Shown: in pieces, positions 12,746-25,972 of the stretch
Layout of the letters: each line of letters opens with the position of its first letter
Position numbering within the stretch: the stretch's first letter is position 1
NCBI GenBank assembly: GCA_964016885.1
Contig: OZ024742.1
Span: forward strand, 202,368,001-202,432,000
Length of the DNA: 64,000 nucleotides
From: Eledone cirrhosa
Lineage: Eukaryota
Direction: 5' to 3'
Position numbers and translations under genes: made by a program
The notes under the pieces: model-generated
The model's database searches: none
The model's input: only the letters and a program-made list of their open reading frames with translations
What the model was told of the DNA's origin: nothing

Positions 12746-13248
12746 GTGGACTACCACTACAGGAATTGAACAATCAAAACCTTAGCGGTATGTCGCATAT
12801 CCAATCTATCATATATTTTATCTGATGAAAACGTACTGAAACACCATTGTACCTTTGAAATATGTATAATAAAATATATATTTTGGTTATGAGTATATTT
12901 TTCATTTATTAATATTTTGAATAATATATATATATATATATATCCGAAAATTTGGAGATTGAAGATACTGACCTTGATGGGATGGGTATAAAATTAGATT
13001 GCAGACCCATTGCTCTATTGAATCTACAGATTCGTTACCTTGAATAATATTAAGATTTAAATGACACAATGTTTGTGTTTAAACATACTTTGCAGATTTT
13101 TCAAGAAAGTGTCATTGACTCATTGTTCTCCTATTCAATTTTCCCTCCATTTCTATATGCATATACATAAACATTTTTATATAAACGCACCACATATACA
13201 TACATACATACATACATACATACATACATACATACATACATACATACA

Positions 13249-13279
<31 letters not shown>

Positions 13280-13280
13280 G

Positions 13281-13391
<111 letters not shown>

Positions 13392-13674
13392 AGATATATG
13401 CTTTGAATTGTTTCAGAATTCCATACAATATCAACCTGTTTTGTTTAGTATTGCATAAATCATGCATATATACTCATGAGAAATGCAAGGTAGCTGGATG
13501 ACGACTACGCAGATGAGGGGAAAATATATGTATGATGAATGTTTGTACGTGATTTTATATATATTATGTATGCGTATACGTATGTGAGTGTGTTTTATTA
13601 TTACTGGCAATATTATAACAATATGACCCTCTCCTAATATAACATATATATATATATGTGTATGTGTGTGTGTG

Positions 13675-13712
<38 letters not shown>

Positions 13713-13957
13713 TGCTTGTACGTGTGTAGACAGATATATATTATGTATGGGTGCACGCATCTATGTGTATATATACATTCCTGCTATTTCGAGCGTTAAC
13801 CTAATATATTGCTTCCATATACTCTGTTTACCTTTTACATATATATATGTATATACACACACACTCACGCATTTATATATATACATATACACAATCATGT
13901 ATTGTGTGCGTGTATGTGTGTGTGTGTGTGTGTGTGTGCGTCTGTGCATACATATGG

Positions 13958-13995
<38 letters not shown>

Positions 13996-14631
13996 CTGTG
14001 CATACATATGTCTGTGTGTGTGTGTGTGTGTGTATGTAGTCATTCTGAAACAGGGAGAGAAACAAAAAGAGCAAGATAGATGTCTAGAGAGAAAGAAAAA
14101 GCGAGATGTAAATTTGTTGTAAATTTGTTAATATATTAAAAGCAATCAACACAAGTCGCATCTACCGACTCTCCGTGATTTCACGGTGAGTTAATTATTA
14201 CAAGAGGATGGTTCTAAGAAGAGAGCCGTACTGTTAGCGTATCAGTCACATTATACATAACAGGCTTGTCTTTATTCGCATCACTTACATCACACTGATT
14301 GTTCATTTCTACTGCCAGCTAGGATCTCGTTTTCTTTCGTAAATGTTTGAGTCTGCACGAATATAAAAGGATGGTTGGTTGACTACATAAGTCAACAATC
14401 ATGTATTGTGATATTGGCTTCATTTACTGTTGCTGGAGTTGTTGGTTATCGTAACCTAGAAGATAGATCCTTTTAAAATAATGTTACACTTAGATTAGAT
14501 GAGACAAGATAAGATCTGATAAGCGAGCAGCATTTACTCCCATACACTACTAAGTAAACCTCTTTACTTTAACTCGATTATTAACACATGTGCACACTCA
14601 TACATACACGCTCGCGCAGGCCTGTGTACGC

Positions 14632-14663
<32 letters not shown>

Positions 14664-14666
<3 letters not shown>

Positions 14667-14883
14667 AACGATCGACCTTCGTCAAATCGGACCGAGGGAT
14701 CAATGTTTCCGTTGGTCTTTCCAATTGCTAATACTATCTATCGGTCGCAACTCCAGGTAGAAGGAGCAACGTGAAATAAAGTGTCTTGCTCAAGGACATA
14801 ACGCATCGCCTGGTCCAGGAATCGAACTCACAACCTTACGATTGCGAATCCAATATCCTAACCACTCAGCCACACGCCTTCAC
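14664..14883 (-). mobile_element. SINE family B
   Basis: Reverse complement has A and B boxes and the same body as 45045-45255. Confidence 0.85.
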
Positions 14884-14893
14884 TATATATTAA

Positions 14894-16205
14894 GGGCACC
14901 GGAGGATTTATAAGCGCCCACCTAAATATATTCTTACATGAATGTATCTTAGGCTTCTACATAAACTGGAAATATTCTCCGAATTTGTAGAAAACTTATA
15001 ATGAAACAATTGTTTGGAAAGAGAGATATATTTTAACTTTAATTATATCTCATAAAATAATACAACTGGCTTTTCCACATAATACATATTGTTAGCACCC
15101 CAAATACTTAAATTGGGTTTATATTAAAATATAACCTAATGTTTGTTGAGTGAGATGGTTACCAGTCAGAGATTAGCTTTAAACTATCTCTGTTATTGTA
15201 TTAATAGTTTACTCTTGATGGGCCAGAGGTGTTTATTTCCAGGTACCTTATAAATTTGACTTTCCGTATTTATTACTGTTGTGCGATATTGTGGTTTTTA
15301 TTGGTTGTAACTTCTCTGTTTTTTAGCCTAAGAAAATATATATATGCCTATGTATATAATTACATGCATACATTTATTTTTTTTAATTAATTGAGTATTT
15401 TACACGAGGAATTGATATTAGTTTTGAAATAACTAATTAACCCGCGTGTGTTTTATATTTTACTCTTAATTCGGCCGGAGATTTACATTCCCATTTGCCC
15501 TTTAAAGCATAACTTTCCGTATTTACTACGGTTACGAGATGCGGTTTCTTATTCAGGTACAACCTCTGATTTTAACCTAAGAAAATATCTATATATGCGT
15601 GTGTAATTTATACACGCATATATTTATTTTTTTAATTTCAATTGAGTTCTTAACACGTTGGATTGATAATGTTTTCGAAAGAACTGATTAACCCGCGTGT
15701 ATATTATTTTTTTCCTCCTTTCGTGGATCTTGGTTGTCTCCCCTTCCCGCTTAGTGACGCTATAATACTTCCTCAGTCAAAAACTGCTGGAATTTCAAAT
15801 TTGCCGGTCATTCGATGCGGGAGGGAGCAAATTAACAGAAACGATTTTTAACTGTGGTAAGAAATGTTTTTCTTATATCAAAGATTAATGGACTTCCACT
15901 GATGATTTATAAGCACCCACCTAAATATATTCTTACATGAATGTATATTAGACTTCTACATAAACTGGAAATATTCTCCGAATTTGTAGAAAACTTATAA
16001 TGAAACAATTGTTTGGAAAGAGAGATATATTTTAACTTTAATTATATCTCATAAAATAATACAACTGGCTTTTCCACATAATACATATTGTTAGCACCCC
16101 AAAGACTTAAATTGGGTTTATATTAAAATATAACCTAATGTTTGTTGAGTGAGATGGTTACCAGTCAGAGATTAGCTTTAAACTATCTCTGTTATTGTAT
16201 TAATA
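14894..16205. repeat. compound direct repeat
   Basis: 14905-15206 is nearly identical to 15905-16204; 15255-15460 is similar to 15510-15710. Confidence 0.8.
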
Positions 16206-16219
16206 TATATATATATATA

Positions 16220-16874
16220 TAGTCACATATATATACATACAGATGCATATCAATGCTAGAAAATATATAGGTTTTGTCTTAGTAACATTGTGGTTAAATG
16301 CATGGGGTTGCAGAACAATAATATGAGAGACGTAAAATAAGAAAATTATAAAATTAACTTACTTACTAAAATATTACTTCCAACTAATTAGTTTCTGGAA
16401 TGGAGTAAATATATTTTCCGAAGAAAATATGGAGAAACATTCCGTCGTCAGGGAAGTCTATTCTCATCTAAGTTTCCAGGCAAAGCGAGGACTCTGGAAA
16501 CTTATTTAAAAATAATTCAGTGGCTAGGAAATAGCAAAGCGTGGACTGAATTCCTAGCCATTGAGAAAATCACTGCCTCTGCGTCTGTGGCAAATTCTAA
16601 AAGAATCAATCACGTGACATCGAGGTCAATCAGTGGAAAGTGGTTTGCTAATAAGACAGCGGCCTGCCTACTACCATAGCAGCAGTCGTGGCCAATATTG
16701 CTCGACAAATAATTTGGGGATAATTATAAAGAATTAATATCTAGTAACATATATATACATACAGATATATCAATGCTAGCAAATATATAGGTTTTGTCTT
16801 AGTAACATTGTGGTTCAATGCATGGGGTTGCAGAACAATAATATGAGATATTTTAGTAAGTAAGTTAATTTTAT

Positions 16875-16875
<1 letters not shown>
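16220..16875 (-). mobile_element. non-coding HHR-bearing monomer (about 520 bp) with direct repeat and short 5' inversion
   Basis: 16230-16329 is repeated at 16750-16849; 16848-16873 is the inverse of 16350-16374. Confidence 0.7.
16376..16457 (-). ncRNA. type I hammerhead ribozyme
   Basis: Sense ACTTCC-CTGACGA-c GGAATG...ATATTTTC TTCG GAAAATAT...CATTCC a-GAAA-CTAATTAG-TT/GGAAGT. Confidence 0.8.
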
Positions 16876-16968
<93 letters not shown>

Positions 16969-18049
16969 TCATATATATTTATATACAACAACCACCCTGC
17001 TCTCTCTCTCTTCCATTCTCCTTCTCTGTCTCCTCTCCCTCTCTCTTTCAATCTACTCTTCCTCTCTATCTTTCTTTCTCTTTGTTTATGAAGTTACCCG
17101 GAAAAACACCATATTTCGGTAACCCGTACTCCGATTTAGGCTAAACTTGTTTTATTTCTTTTGTATTCCCATTTCAGGTGCAACTTCCTTACAAAGTATT
17201 TTCCCATAATGCGCACTTCTTACTGTATTCCCTAACAGACAAGCAAGCAAGCAATCAAGCAATCACAGGATTTTAGTAGTACACACACACACACGCACAC
17301 ACATATATATATACACGCATAGTGTAAATTAATATCCATACACTTAACACATATTATGCTACCTTAAGTTTCAAGGTCTAGATATGTTTACAACTTGAGA
17401 TTAAATAAGGTAGTGCAAAATGCATGGAGGAGTGCAATGCATGTTACGTGTGTGGATATTAATAAATACTAAATTTCCTCTCTTGTACTAGATTGAGAGC
17501 TATTTTTCTTCTACCTTCCCACAGACATTTTTACTATTTACGATGTACGATGAACGATCAAGACTCATCTTGAATGTGCAATTTTTATTATTTATTCACG
17601 ATACCGTAAATGATTTTATGTCCGAACATGGAGTGAAAGGTTTTCTAACAAATTTTGCAATCGCGTCTAGAGGGTATTGATGGTAAAGTGTTCCTGAATC
17701 ATCCCCATCTCTTTGAATTTTTTAATGTTTCTTAAGGGCACCGGAGGATTTGCATTTTTTGTAGCAGACATGTCTTACAACGTCTATGTATATGCAAATT
17801 GCTTTATATTTTGCGACATTAAAGACGTTCAGGCCGGCATTTGATAGGTATACCCTATTGAAATGGGAACATGGGAAAATTCTAAGATCATTATTTTCAG
17901 CAAGGGAAGGTATTTCCTGTTTTTGCGCAGCCCTTTTGAGTTCAATATATCTAATACGTTAACCGCAAAATTGTCCATACTGCTTTATCCTGCATCTCAA
18001 ACATGCCCTACCACCAGTGGTTACAATTTATTTTTATTTTCTTCAATGT

Positions 18050-18625
18050 CTCTTTTGAAGTAACTTTATATTGTTTCATTGGTTTATGACGTGGTCATTT
18101 TCCCTGCTTCACTCCCCCAGAGAAAATTTATTTAGGAATGCGGCTCTCAAAAGGTCGAACACAGTGTTTAAACATAATCATTCTCTCTATATAACATAAG
18201 TCTGCTTTGTGGAGAACAACTCTATCTAGTGTGAGAGATCTCCAGGATATGTTAAAAATGATTCTGAGGCAATTCTGATGAAATCTTTGCAATGATTTTT
18301 TGTGTCGCACATGTAGTCAAGGTTTCAGAGCAGTAGAAAGGTGAGATCAAGACTGATACACGATATACAATAATCTTTGTGACCAGTTTAATTCCATGCT
18401 AATTTCAGATACGCTGTTTTAGTTTTCAAAATCCATCAGACGCTTTTGAATCCTCAAAGAAATCTTATCATCTAGTGAACAAGATTGAGAGAGGGTAACG
18501 TCAAGATATAAGAATGTGTTAACCACACTCAGTGTTTTGCTATTTACAATTATGATTTGAGGAATATACGGCTTCTCAGCAATTGACTGATACATAACCA
18601 GCATGAGGAAACAATCGATTAAAGA
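18050..18625 (-). pseudogene. degenerate RTE (BovB-like) reverse transcriptase C-terminal fragment
   Basis: VVNTFLYLDVTLSQSCSLDDKISLRIQK and RHKKSLQRFHQNCLRIIFNISW; frameshifts. Confidence 0.75.
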
Positions 18626-18629
18626 TAAA

Positions 18630-18685
<56 letters not shown>

Positions 18686-18875
18686 TAAATCTACCAAAAT
18701 ATACGGTAGTGTCCAATCCGTATGAAGAACTCAATGTAATCCAAATATCATGAAAAGATAAGATGTATTCAAATATATTTTCGATGAAAATCACAGGAAA
18801 ACAGATCTATGTAAAAATGTTACAAACTATCAGAGGAAATATACATACCTACACATATATATGCTGTCTTCAGAA

Positions 18876-19710
18876 ATAATTGTTTCTAGTTTAGGCACAA
18901 GGCCAGCAATTATCCAGTACATTACTGGTACTTTATTTTATCGACCCCCTAAGGATGAAAGGCAAAGTTAACCTCGGCGGGATTTGAACTCAGACTGTAA
19001 AGGGACGTAACTATGCTAGAAAGCATGGCGTCCAACCCTCTACCGATACTGCCAATTCACCGCTCCTTCAGAAATAATTGTTTCTACTTTTGGCACAAGG
19101 CCAGCAATTACCCAGTGCATTACTGGTACTTTATTTTATCGACCCCGTAAGTATGAAAGGCAAAGTTAACCTCGGCGAGATTTGTTCAGAAATAATTGTT
19201 TCTACTTTTGGCACCAGGCCAGCAATTGTCCCAGTGCATTACTGGTACTTTATTTTATCGACACCGTAAGGATGAAAGGCAAAGTTAACCTCGGCGGGAT
19301 TTGAACTCAGATCATAAAGGGAGGTAACTCTATGCTTCAAAGCATGGCGCCCGACCCTCTACCGATACTGCCAATCCACCGCACTGATGTGGATTGTTCA
19401 GAAATAATTGTTTCTACTTAAGGCACAAGGCCAGCAATTACTCAGTGCATTACTGGTACTTTATTTTATCGACCCCGTAAGGATGAAAGGCAAAGTCAAC
19501 CTCGGCAGGATTTGAACTCACATTGTAAAGGGACGTAACTATGCTGGAAAGCATGGCGTCCGACCCTCTACTGATACTATTGTTCAGAAATAATTGTTTC
19601 TACTTTTGGCACAAGGCCAGCAATTACCCAGTGCATTACTGGTACTTTATTTTATCGACCCCGTAAGGATGAAAGGCAAAGTCAACCTCGGCGGGATTTG
19701 AACTCAGATC
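18876..19710 (-). mobile_element. stack of five SINE family A copies
   Basis: Copies start at about 18876, 19074, 19193, 19404 and 19590, each preceded by TTCAGAAATAAT. Confidence 0.9.
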
Positions 19711-20420
19711 CAGAAATAATGATATTTGTTTATTGAAAAAACAACAACAAAGATTTAATATAATAGGTCTGTTTGGGAACAGGTTTTGAATTGACCAATA
19801 GAAAAGTAGCAAGTGGTCAAGTTGATAGAATAGTAGTAGCAGAAATTTAATTTAGGGGTAGAGGAATGCAGACTTAAGTTTTGAATGAAAAGATTACTTT
19901 GGGGATGAAAAGAGGTCAAACCGGTGAATGGTACACGAAAATTTGATGTCATTAAAGAATAATGCTAATGTTAAAATCGAAGGAGAACATTTTAGGGTAA
20001 ATGTGTTAGTGAGAAATACCAATCATATTTAAAACACAAAGAATTTAGATCTATAACAAGAAATTAAATTAATTTAATTGATAGGTATACTTAAAGGGAT
20101 ACATTTATATTTATTCATATAGATGTGATAAATAAGAGTTAGATGTTATTAAAGGATGTTGTTAAAAACGAAGGAAAACAATTTTGGGATAAATGTATTA
20201 GTGAGAAATAACAAACTTATATAGACTACAAGAAATTTAGATTCATAACAGGAAATTAAAATAGTTTATATCTATACTTATAGGTATTAATTTTAGGAAA
20301 AGGGAGCTGTAAAAGGGAAATAAAATTATGAAGTTCTCAGTAGTAAAATACTAATTATAGGTTAACTAAATTAAAAAAAATAATTATAATAATTTGTAAA
20401 ATATAAGTGTTAGGTGTATA

Positions 20421-21790
20421 TTAATTAGGTTTATAATATTTGAAAGTTCTTCTAATTCTATGATTGCACGATATAATTAATTCTTGTCGCTTATTTAATA
20501 GGATATCCTTAGATTTCATTATTTCAAAAAGTTCCTGGGAACATAATCTACACTCATATCTGTTATTTTGATAAGGGGTGGCGCTTTTGAGCACACACCA
20601 GGTCAGGTTATAATCGATATTCTTTTTTCTATAATTATTAATTATTTTAGCCAAGGATATTGCATTAGCTAATGCGGCGTTTTTAAAACTGTTTGTGGGT
20701 ATTAAATCTTACTTTAAATTGGTTAGAAGTAGCTCCTATATATGAATAAGTTGAGTCCTTAGTGCTAATTTTACATGTATATACTATGTTATTAATAAGA
20801 AAATTTCCTTTTAATGGGCAATTTGCTTTGTTTCTACAGTTACAACCATTCGTGAATATTATATCAGGGGAGTTAGTCAAATTTGGTGTGGAATTTACTC
20901 GACTTATTATATGCGAAGGAGATGGTGGTTTGTTGCGGTTTATTTTAGTATCATGGTTAGTTTGAGGTGTTGGTGGTGTATTCATGTTTTTTTTTACATT
21001 TATATGCATTGTAGGCACTTATATTTTGTTGTATATTTTTGGTAGTGGAGTAGGAAAATTTGACCGTTGATCTATTTAAAATTTGATGGTATTTATGGTT
21101 TGGCGGGAAGTTTTTCTCTAGGATAGTAACATTTTTTTAGAGATATTATCTTTAATTTGTAGATTAAATGGAGCATTATACCAAGTAACTCGTCTATTAC
21201 GGTATCGATGTTTTTTTTTATATTTATACGATGTATCAGGATGTTTACTAAGAGAGTTAGTATTAGTGAATTTATTATATATAGGTTTAGTTAGATTAAC
21301 TGATTTAGGTGTTTTAGTCTGATTATTAGGAATTTTGTTAGTAATGTTATTAACGTATATTGGAGTATTAGGATGAATGGTTTTTTGAAAGTTATTATAT
21401 TGTATGTGAGGAGAGGTAGAGAAATTAAGTTTTAAGTTGGTATTTTGGGGTATAGTGTGAGTGGCATTTAGGTGTGTGTTTTTCATTTGGTATTTGTTGG
21501 TAATGTTGGGTTGTATGTTTGTAGTATTATTGGTACAAGGTATATAGACTGACTTGTTTTTGTGGCCGCCTCTAGCTAAAGCTTCGTTATAAAAGGTCGC
21601 ATTTTTATCGAATACATCCTGGTTAGATGAAAGATTAGAAATTCTGAGTGAGATATTATATACTAGGTTTTTAAGGATAGATCTAGGGTGATTGGATTGT
21701 GAGTGTATGTAAAGTAAGTTTTGGTTAGGTTTATGGTAAGGTTAGTAGATACCCATAGATAAGTCTAAAGTTATATCAAGGAAATTAACT
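20421..21790 (-). pseudogene. 5'-truncated Penelope-like retroelement (Naiad-type): RT thumb, linker and GIY-YIG endonuclease
   Basis: VNFLDITLDL...Y*PYHKPNQNLLYIHSQSNHP; RNRRVTWYNAPF; CNCRNKANCPLKGNF; IVY...YIGATSNQFKVRFNTH; CRLCSQE...LLNKRQELIISCNH. Stops and frameshifts are present. Confidence 0.85.
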
Positions 21791-21836
21791 ACTTTACTGG
21801 TGTTTTCACACACAAAGACACACACACACACACACA

Positions 21837-21901
<65 letters not shown>

Positions 21902-21982
21902 GTATATATATATATATATATTTGTATGTATGTGTGTGTGTATCATTAATGAATATTGAGACACCACATATATTTATTGTAT

Positions 21983-22065
21983 AGAAGAAGAAGAAGAAGA
22001 AGAAGAAGAAGAAGAAGAAGAAGAAGAAGAAGAAGAAGAAGAAGAAGAAGAAGAAGAAGAAGAAG

Positions 22066-22113
<48 letters not shown>

Positions 22114-22170
22114 AACAACAACAACAATAACAACAACGACAACAACAACGACAACGACAGCAGCAACAAC
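21983..22170. repeat. (GAA)n-(CAA)n microsatellite
   Basis: Direct reading. Confidence 0.95.
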
Positions 22171-23350
22171 GGCAACTATTCATGGTGTAAAGACCACACC
22201 ACAACCAAGTACATACGCAACAAAAGCTGGTATGGTTTATAATCATCAACATATATAATATGTGGCGGGGTGTACGGTTTCTTTCTTTTAAAATATAAAT
22301 ATATAATGAATAAATGGATATATTAACAATCTATATTTATGATATGAGAGAAATAAATACATTGAAATAAATCACGCAAAAAAAAAAAAAAATGTAAACT
22401 ACCCTTAACTTCTGGTGAAGCCGTTGAGACGCCTGTTTTGTGAATTTTTAAAATTTCTTGGAGACCTTCAATCTCCAGATCGGAAAGCAGTTTGTTATTT
22501 CCAGAGAGTGAAATATATATGGTGAGAGAAAAAGTGATCAAGAGAAATGGAAAGATGTGCATCCGCTATTTAAGCACTGGTACTTTTTATCGTCTGCTTG
22601 TGAATAAATGAGTAAGTTGACCTTGGTGGGATTTGAACTTCGAGGAGCCCTGGTGAACCAGATCAAAAACCGAGTCAATTTTAATCTAAGCTTCTGATAA
22701 CTCGACCAAAGCAGCACTTTGAAATATGTCGTGTAGCTTTAAGAAATACATTTCAAAGGACCATATATCATTAAGCCTTGGATCCTTACGTCAAACAGAA
22801 TATCAGGTGTCTTTATATGTCGCTGATCACAATGCGCTTCCATTCCTCATTTAATTGATCCCTTCTCTTCTATATTTAACAGATTCGTTTAAATATGTCA
22901 TTATCACATTTTTTGTGGATCTTCGGAGTTATCTCTTTCAAACTCATGGATAACACTCGACAACTGCATGGGTCCACTTGCTATCTATGAAGCTTGCGAC
23001 ATATGCGGCGCAGCTCTCTGTATTATGTGATAACATAGTCCATTCCGCTCCGTTCTCGAATTAACTAGCTTCGGATATGTTCCCACAGTAATATTCCTAC
23101 TACTGATCTTATACGCAAACGAAACATCAGCTACTACGAAGAAGGAGGAATATCGTATTAATGGTTGATTTAAATATGTCATAGAGTATTGATGAATATA
23201 TTTAAATATTGTCATGTGGCGCTGATAATTCTATTTAACTTTATCATGTGGCATTGATAAATATTTAAAAATATATCATGTGGTATCGATAAATTCATTT
23301 AAATATTTCTTCTTCTTCTTCTTCTTCTTCTTCTTCGTCGTCGTCGTCTT

Positions 23351-23387
<37 letters not shown>

Positions 23388-23478
23388 CAGCACCACTATC
23401 ACCACCACCAGCACTACCACTACCACTACTACCACCACCACCAATACTACCACTACTATAGCTACTTCCACTTCCATT

Positions 23479-23606
23479 ACCGACCCCGTAAGGATGAAAG
23501 GCAAAGTTAAACTCGGCTGGATTTGAACTCAGATCATAAAGGGCCGTAACTCTATGCTGCAAAGCATGGTGTCCGAACCTCTACCGATACTGCCAATCCA
23601 CCGCCC
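23479..23606 (-). mobile_element. SINE family A, partial
   Basis: Same body and head as 30-213. Confidence 0.8.
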
Positions 23607-24093
23607 TAAATATAAACAAAATAACGATGTGAAAAAAGTTTACTCGATAGCCATTTTTATTAATAATTTCATAATTTCTTGAGGAGAGGATTCAGTTTTG
23701 CTCCCTGTTGTTTATAGATAGTCTAATATTTAACAATATTTATCCGTTACTCTGTAAAGATGTGTGATATCTTGAACTGAAAAAATATTTCATGTGGAAA
23801 TTGCGAAAAAAAAACGGTTGTTTTAGATATGAAAATTGAGTAACCTCTTAGGTCATGAGGAAAATAAGTAATTTTAGTTTAGTTTATAAATCAAAGCCGT
23901 TTCGAGAAGTGGGTTTTTAGCCTCTTAATATACAAGATACTGGTATTTATTTCAGATTCTATTCTTTTGTGATCATATTCTTTTACTGGATTCCGTCAAA
24001 TGATAACGGACATGTTAATACACCACCTTACATATTTAGTTATTTTTTTAAATATATGTTTGTACTTTTTATATTTTCCTTATATATATATAC

Positions 24094-24219
<126 letters not shown>

Positions 24220-24893
24220 TTTGCTTTTCATTTTTTGTCAGGGATGTAAGTGGCGTGCCAATGATTCATTTCAGGACCCCAGAGACCGGTAGGTGTTAAG
24301 GATTCAAGCAATAAACTAAGATGCAACCGAAGACCTGGCAAGAATGTTTGCAAGATAGCCGACTTCACCAAAGGTATCCAAGTATCATATATTAGTGTTA
24401 CCCTGAATATCATACCATGTCTATCACCATATTACATCGCAGAGAAATTTGAAGCAAGAACGCAAAAAGCCAGAATAAATAATATACATGTCCTCCGATG
24501 CTCTATCAATTTTCTCAAACCACTTCCATGGGTTAGTACTTGATGTTAGCTACACCAAAACACATGAAAGGCAAAGTTGACATTTGGCAGATTTGAACAC
24601 AGAGCACAGAGAACCCCAAAATATATGGTGTGATTTATCGTATAATATAGTGTAGTGAAATGGAATGCGTAATTGCAATATTGTAAATGTTAAATTCTTT
24701 GGAATGTAAATATTAGACGGCATAAGGAGCATGTAGTACGACTAATATACGGGTATACGAGAATATGTTTGCTTTAAGGAAAGCTTACTGCAACGTATAT
24801 CAAACAATTAACAGAATTGCCTGGATATTTCAAACTCAAAGGATTTGGGCCCAGATTTTTTTTCACAATATTATAGCTAATATGTGTTGCAAT

Positions 24894-24928
<35 letters not shown>

Positions 24929-24929
<1 letters not shown>

Positions 24930-25161
24930 GTGGCTTAGTCGTTAGAGAATTGGATTAGAGAATTGGTTAGAGAATTGGATTCGCAATCGTGAGGTTGTGA
25001 GTTCGATTCCCGGACCGGGAAATGCGTTATGTCCTTGAGCAAGACACTTTATTTCACATTGCTCCTTCTACCTGGAGTTGCGACCGTTAGATAGTATTAG
25101 CAATTGGAAAAACCGATGTAAACATTGTTTCCTCGGTCCGATTTGACGAAAGTCGATCGCT

Positions 25162-25163
<2 letters not shown>
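24929..25163 (+). mobile_element. SINE family B
   Basis: A and B boxes, with a small duplication in the head. Confidence 0.85.
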
Positions 25164-25197
<34 letters not shown>

Positions 25198-25323
25198 ATC
25201 AAAGTTTTTCGAATATTAATAATAATATTCGATTCGTTTGTAATTATGCAAACACCCTCTATAAGCCATGTCAGTAGAATGACCCTATAATTCTTGCTCT
25301 TGTGTTGGCATGAAAACAGAACG

Positions 25324-25364
25324 GCAGACACTAATGTTTCTGGGTGATTACTCTTCATCAGTGC
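25324..25364 (-). ncRNA. minimal type I hammerhead ribozyme candidate
   Basis: Sense GCA-CTGATGA-a GAGT aatc ACCC a-GAAA-CATTAGTG-TC/TGC; stem II imperfect. Confidence 0.6.
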
Positions 25365-25599
25365 AGTATACTGCATATCTGCCAAATGTCAGAGCTAGTG
25401 AAAATATAAGATATTTTCTGAAATATACAGTGACTGGTCGACCTGATTTGCATATTAGCCGACTGACTGATCAGTCCGATCTGCATATTATCAGACCCAC
25501 TACTCAGCCAGATTTGCATATCACCAGATAGGCCAGAAAGTTTCATGTATATGACCGATTAATGACCGGCTTTACTATATTCAAATAACAAACAAATAG

Positions 25600-25689
<90 letters not shown>

Positions 25690-25693
<4 letters not shown>

Positions 25694-25906
25694 AACGAGT
25701 AGGACGCCGACGGCTGAGCTCAAGCCGCTTCGACGGCTAATTCTGGACTAAGTCCAGAATCCTGGACTTAGTCCAGTATAAGCCGTCGGAACGGCTTGAG
25801 CTCAGCCGTCGGAGTGCTACTCGTTCCAATTACCCACTCTACTACCCTAAGTATTGAGTACTTTGGTGCGTTATGGTCCACCTGGTTCCTTACCACATTT
25901 CCTTCG

Positions 25907-25910
<4 letters not shown>
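25690..25910 (+). repeat. truncated repeat with fold-back, carrying the 3' half of an HHR
   Basis: Inverted arms at 25692-25738 and 25781-25827; G(G/A)AA-CGGCT tgagctc AGCCG-TC. Other copies at 37599-37660 and 41795-41978. Confidence 0.65.

Positions 25911-25967
<57 letters not shown>

Positions 25968-25972
<5 letters not shown>

Noticed and set aside
18876-19710. CRISPR-like repeat-spacer array
   Set aside because: The repeats are long SINE copies in eukaryotic DNA, with no unique spacers or cas genes.
20421-21790. Selenoprotein-encoding Naiad
   Set aside because: The in-frame stops I could read are TAA and TAG, not TGA, and no SECIS was recognised.
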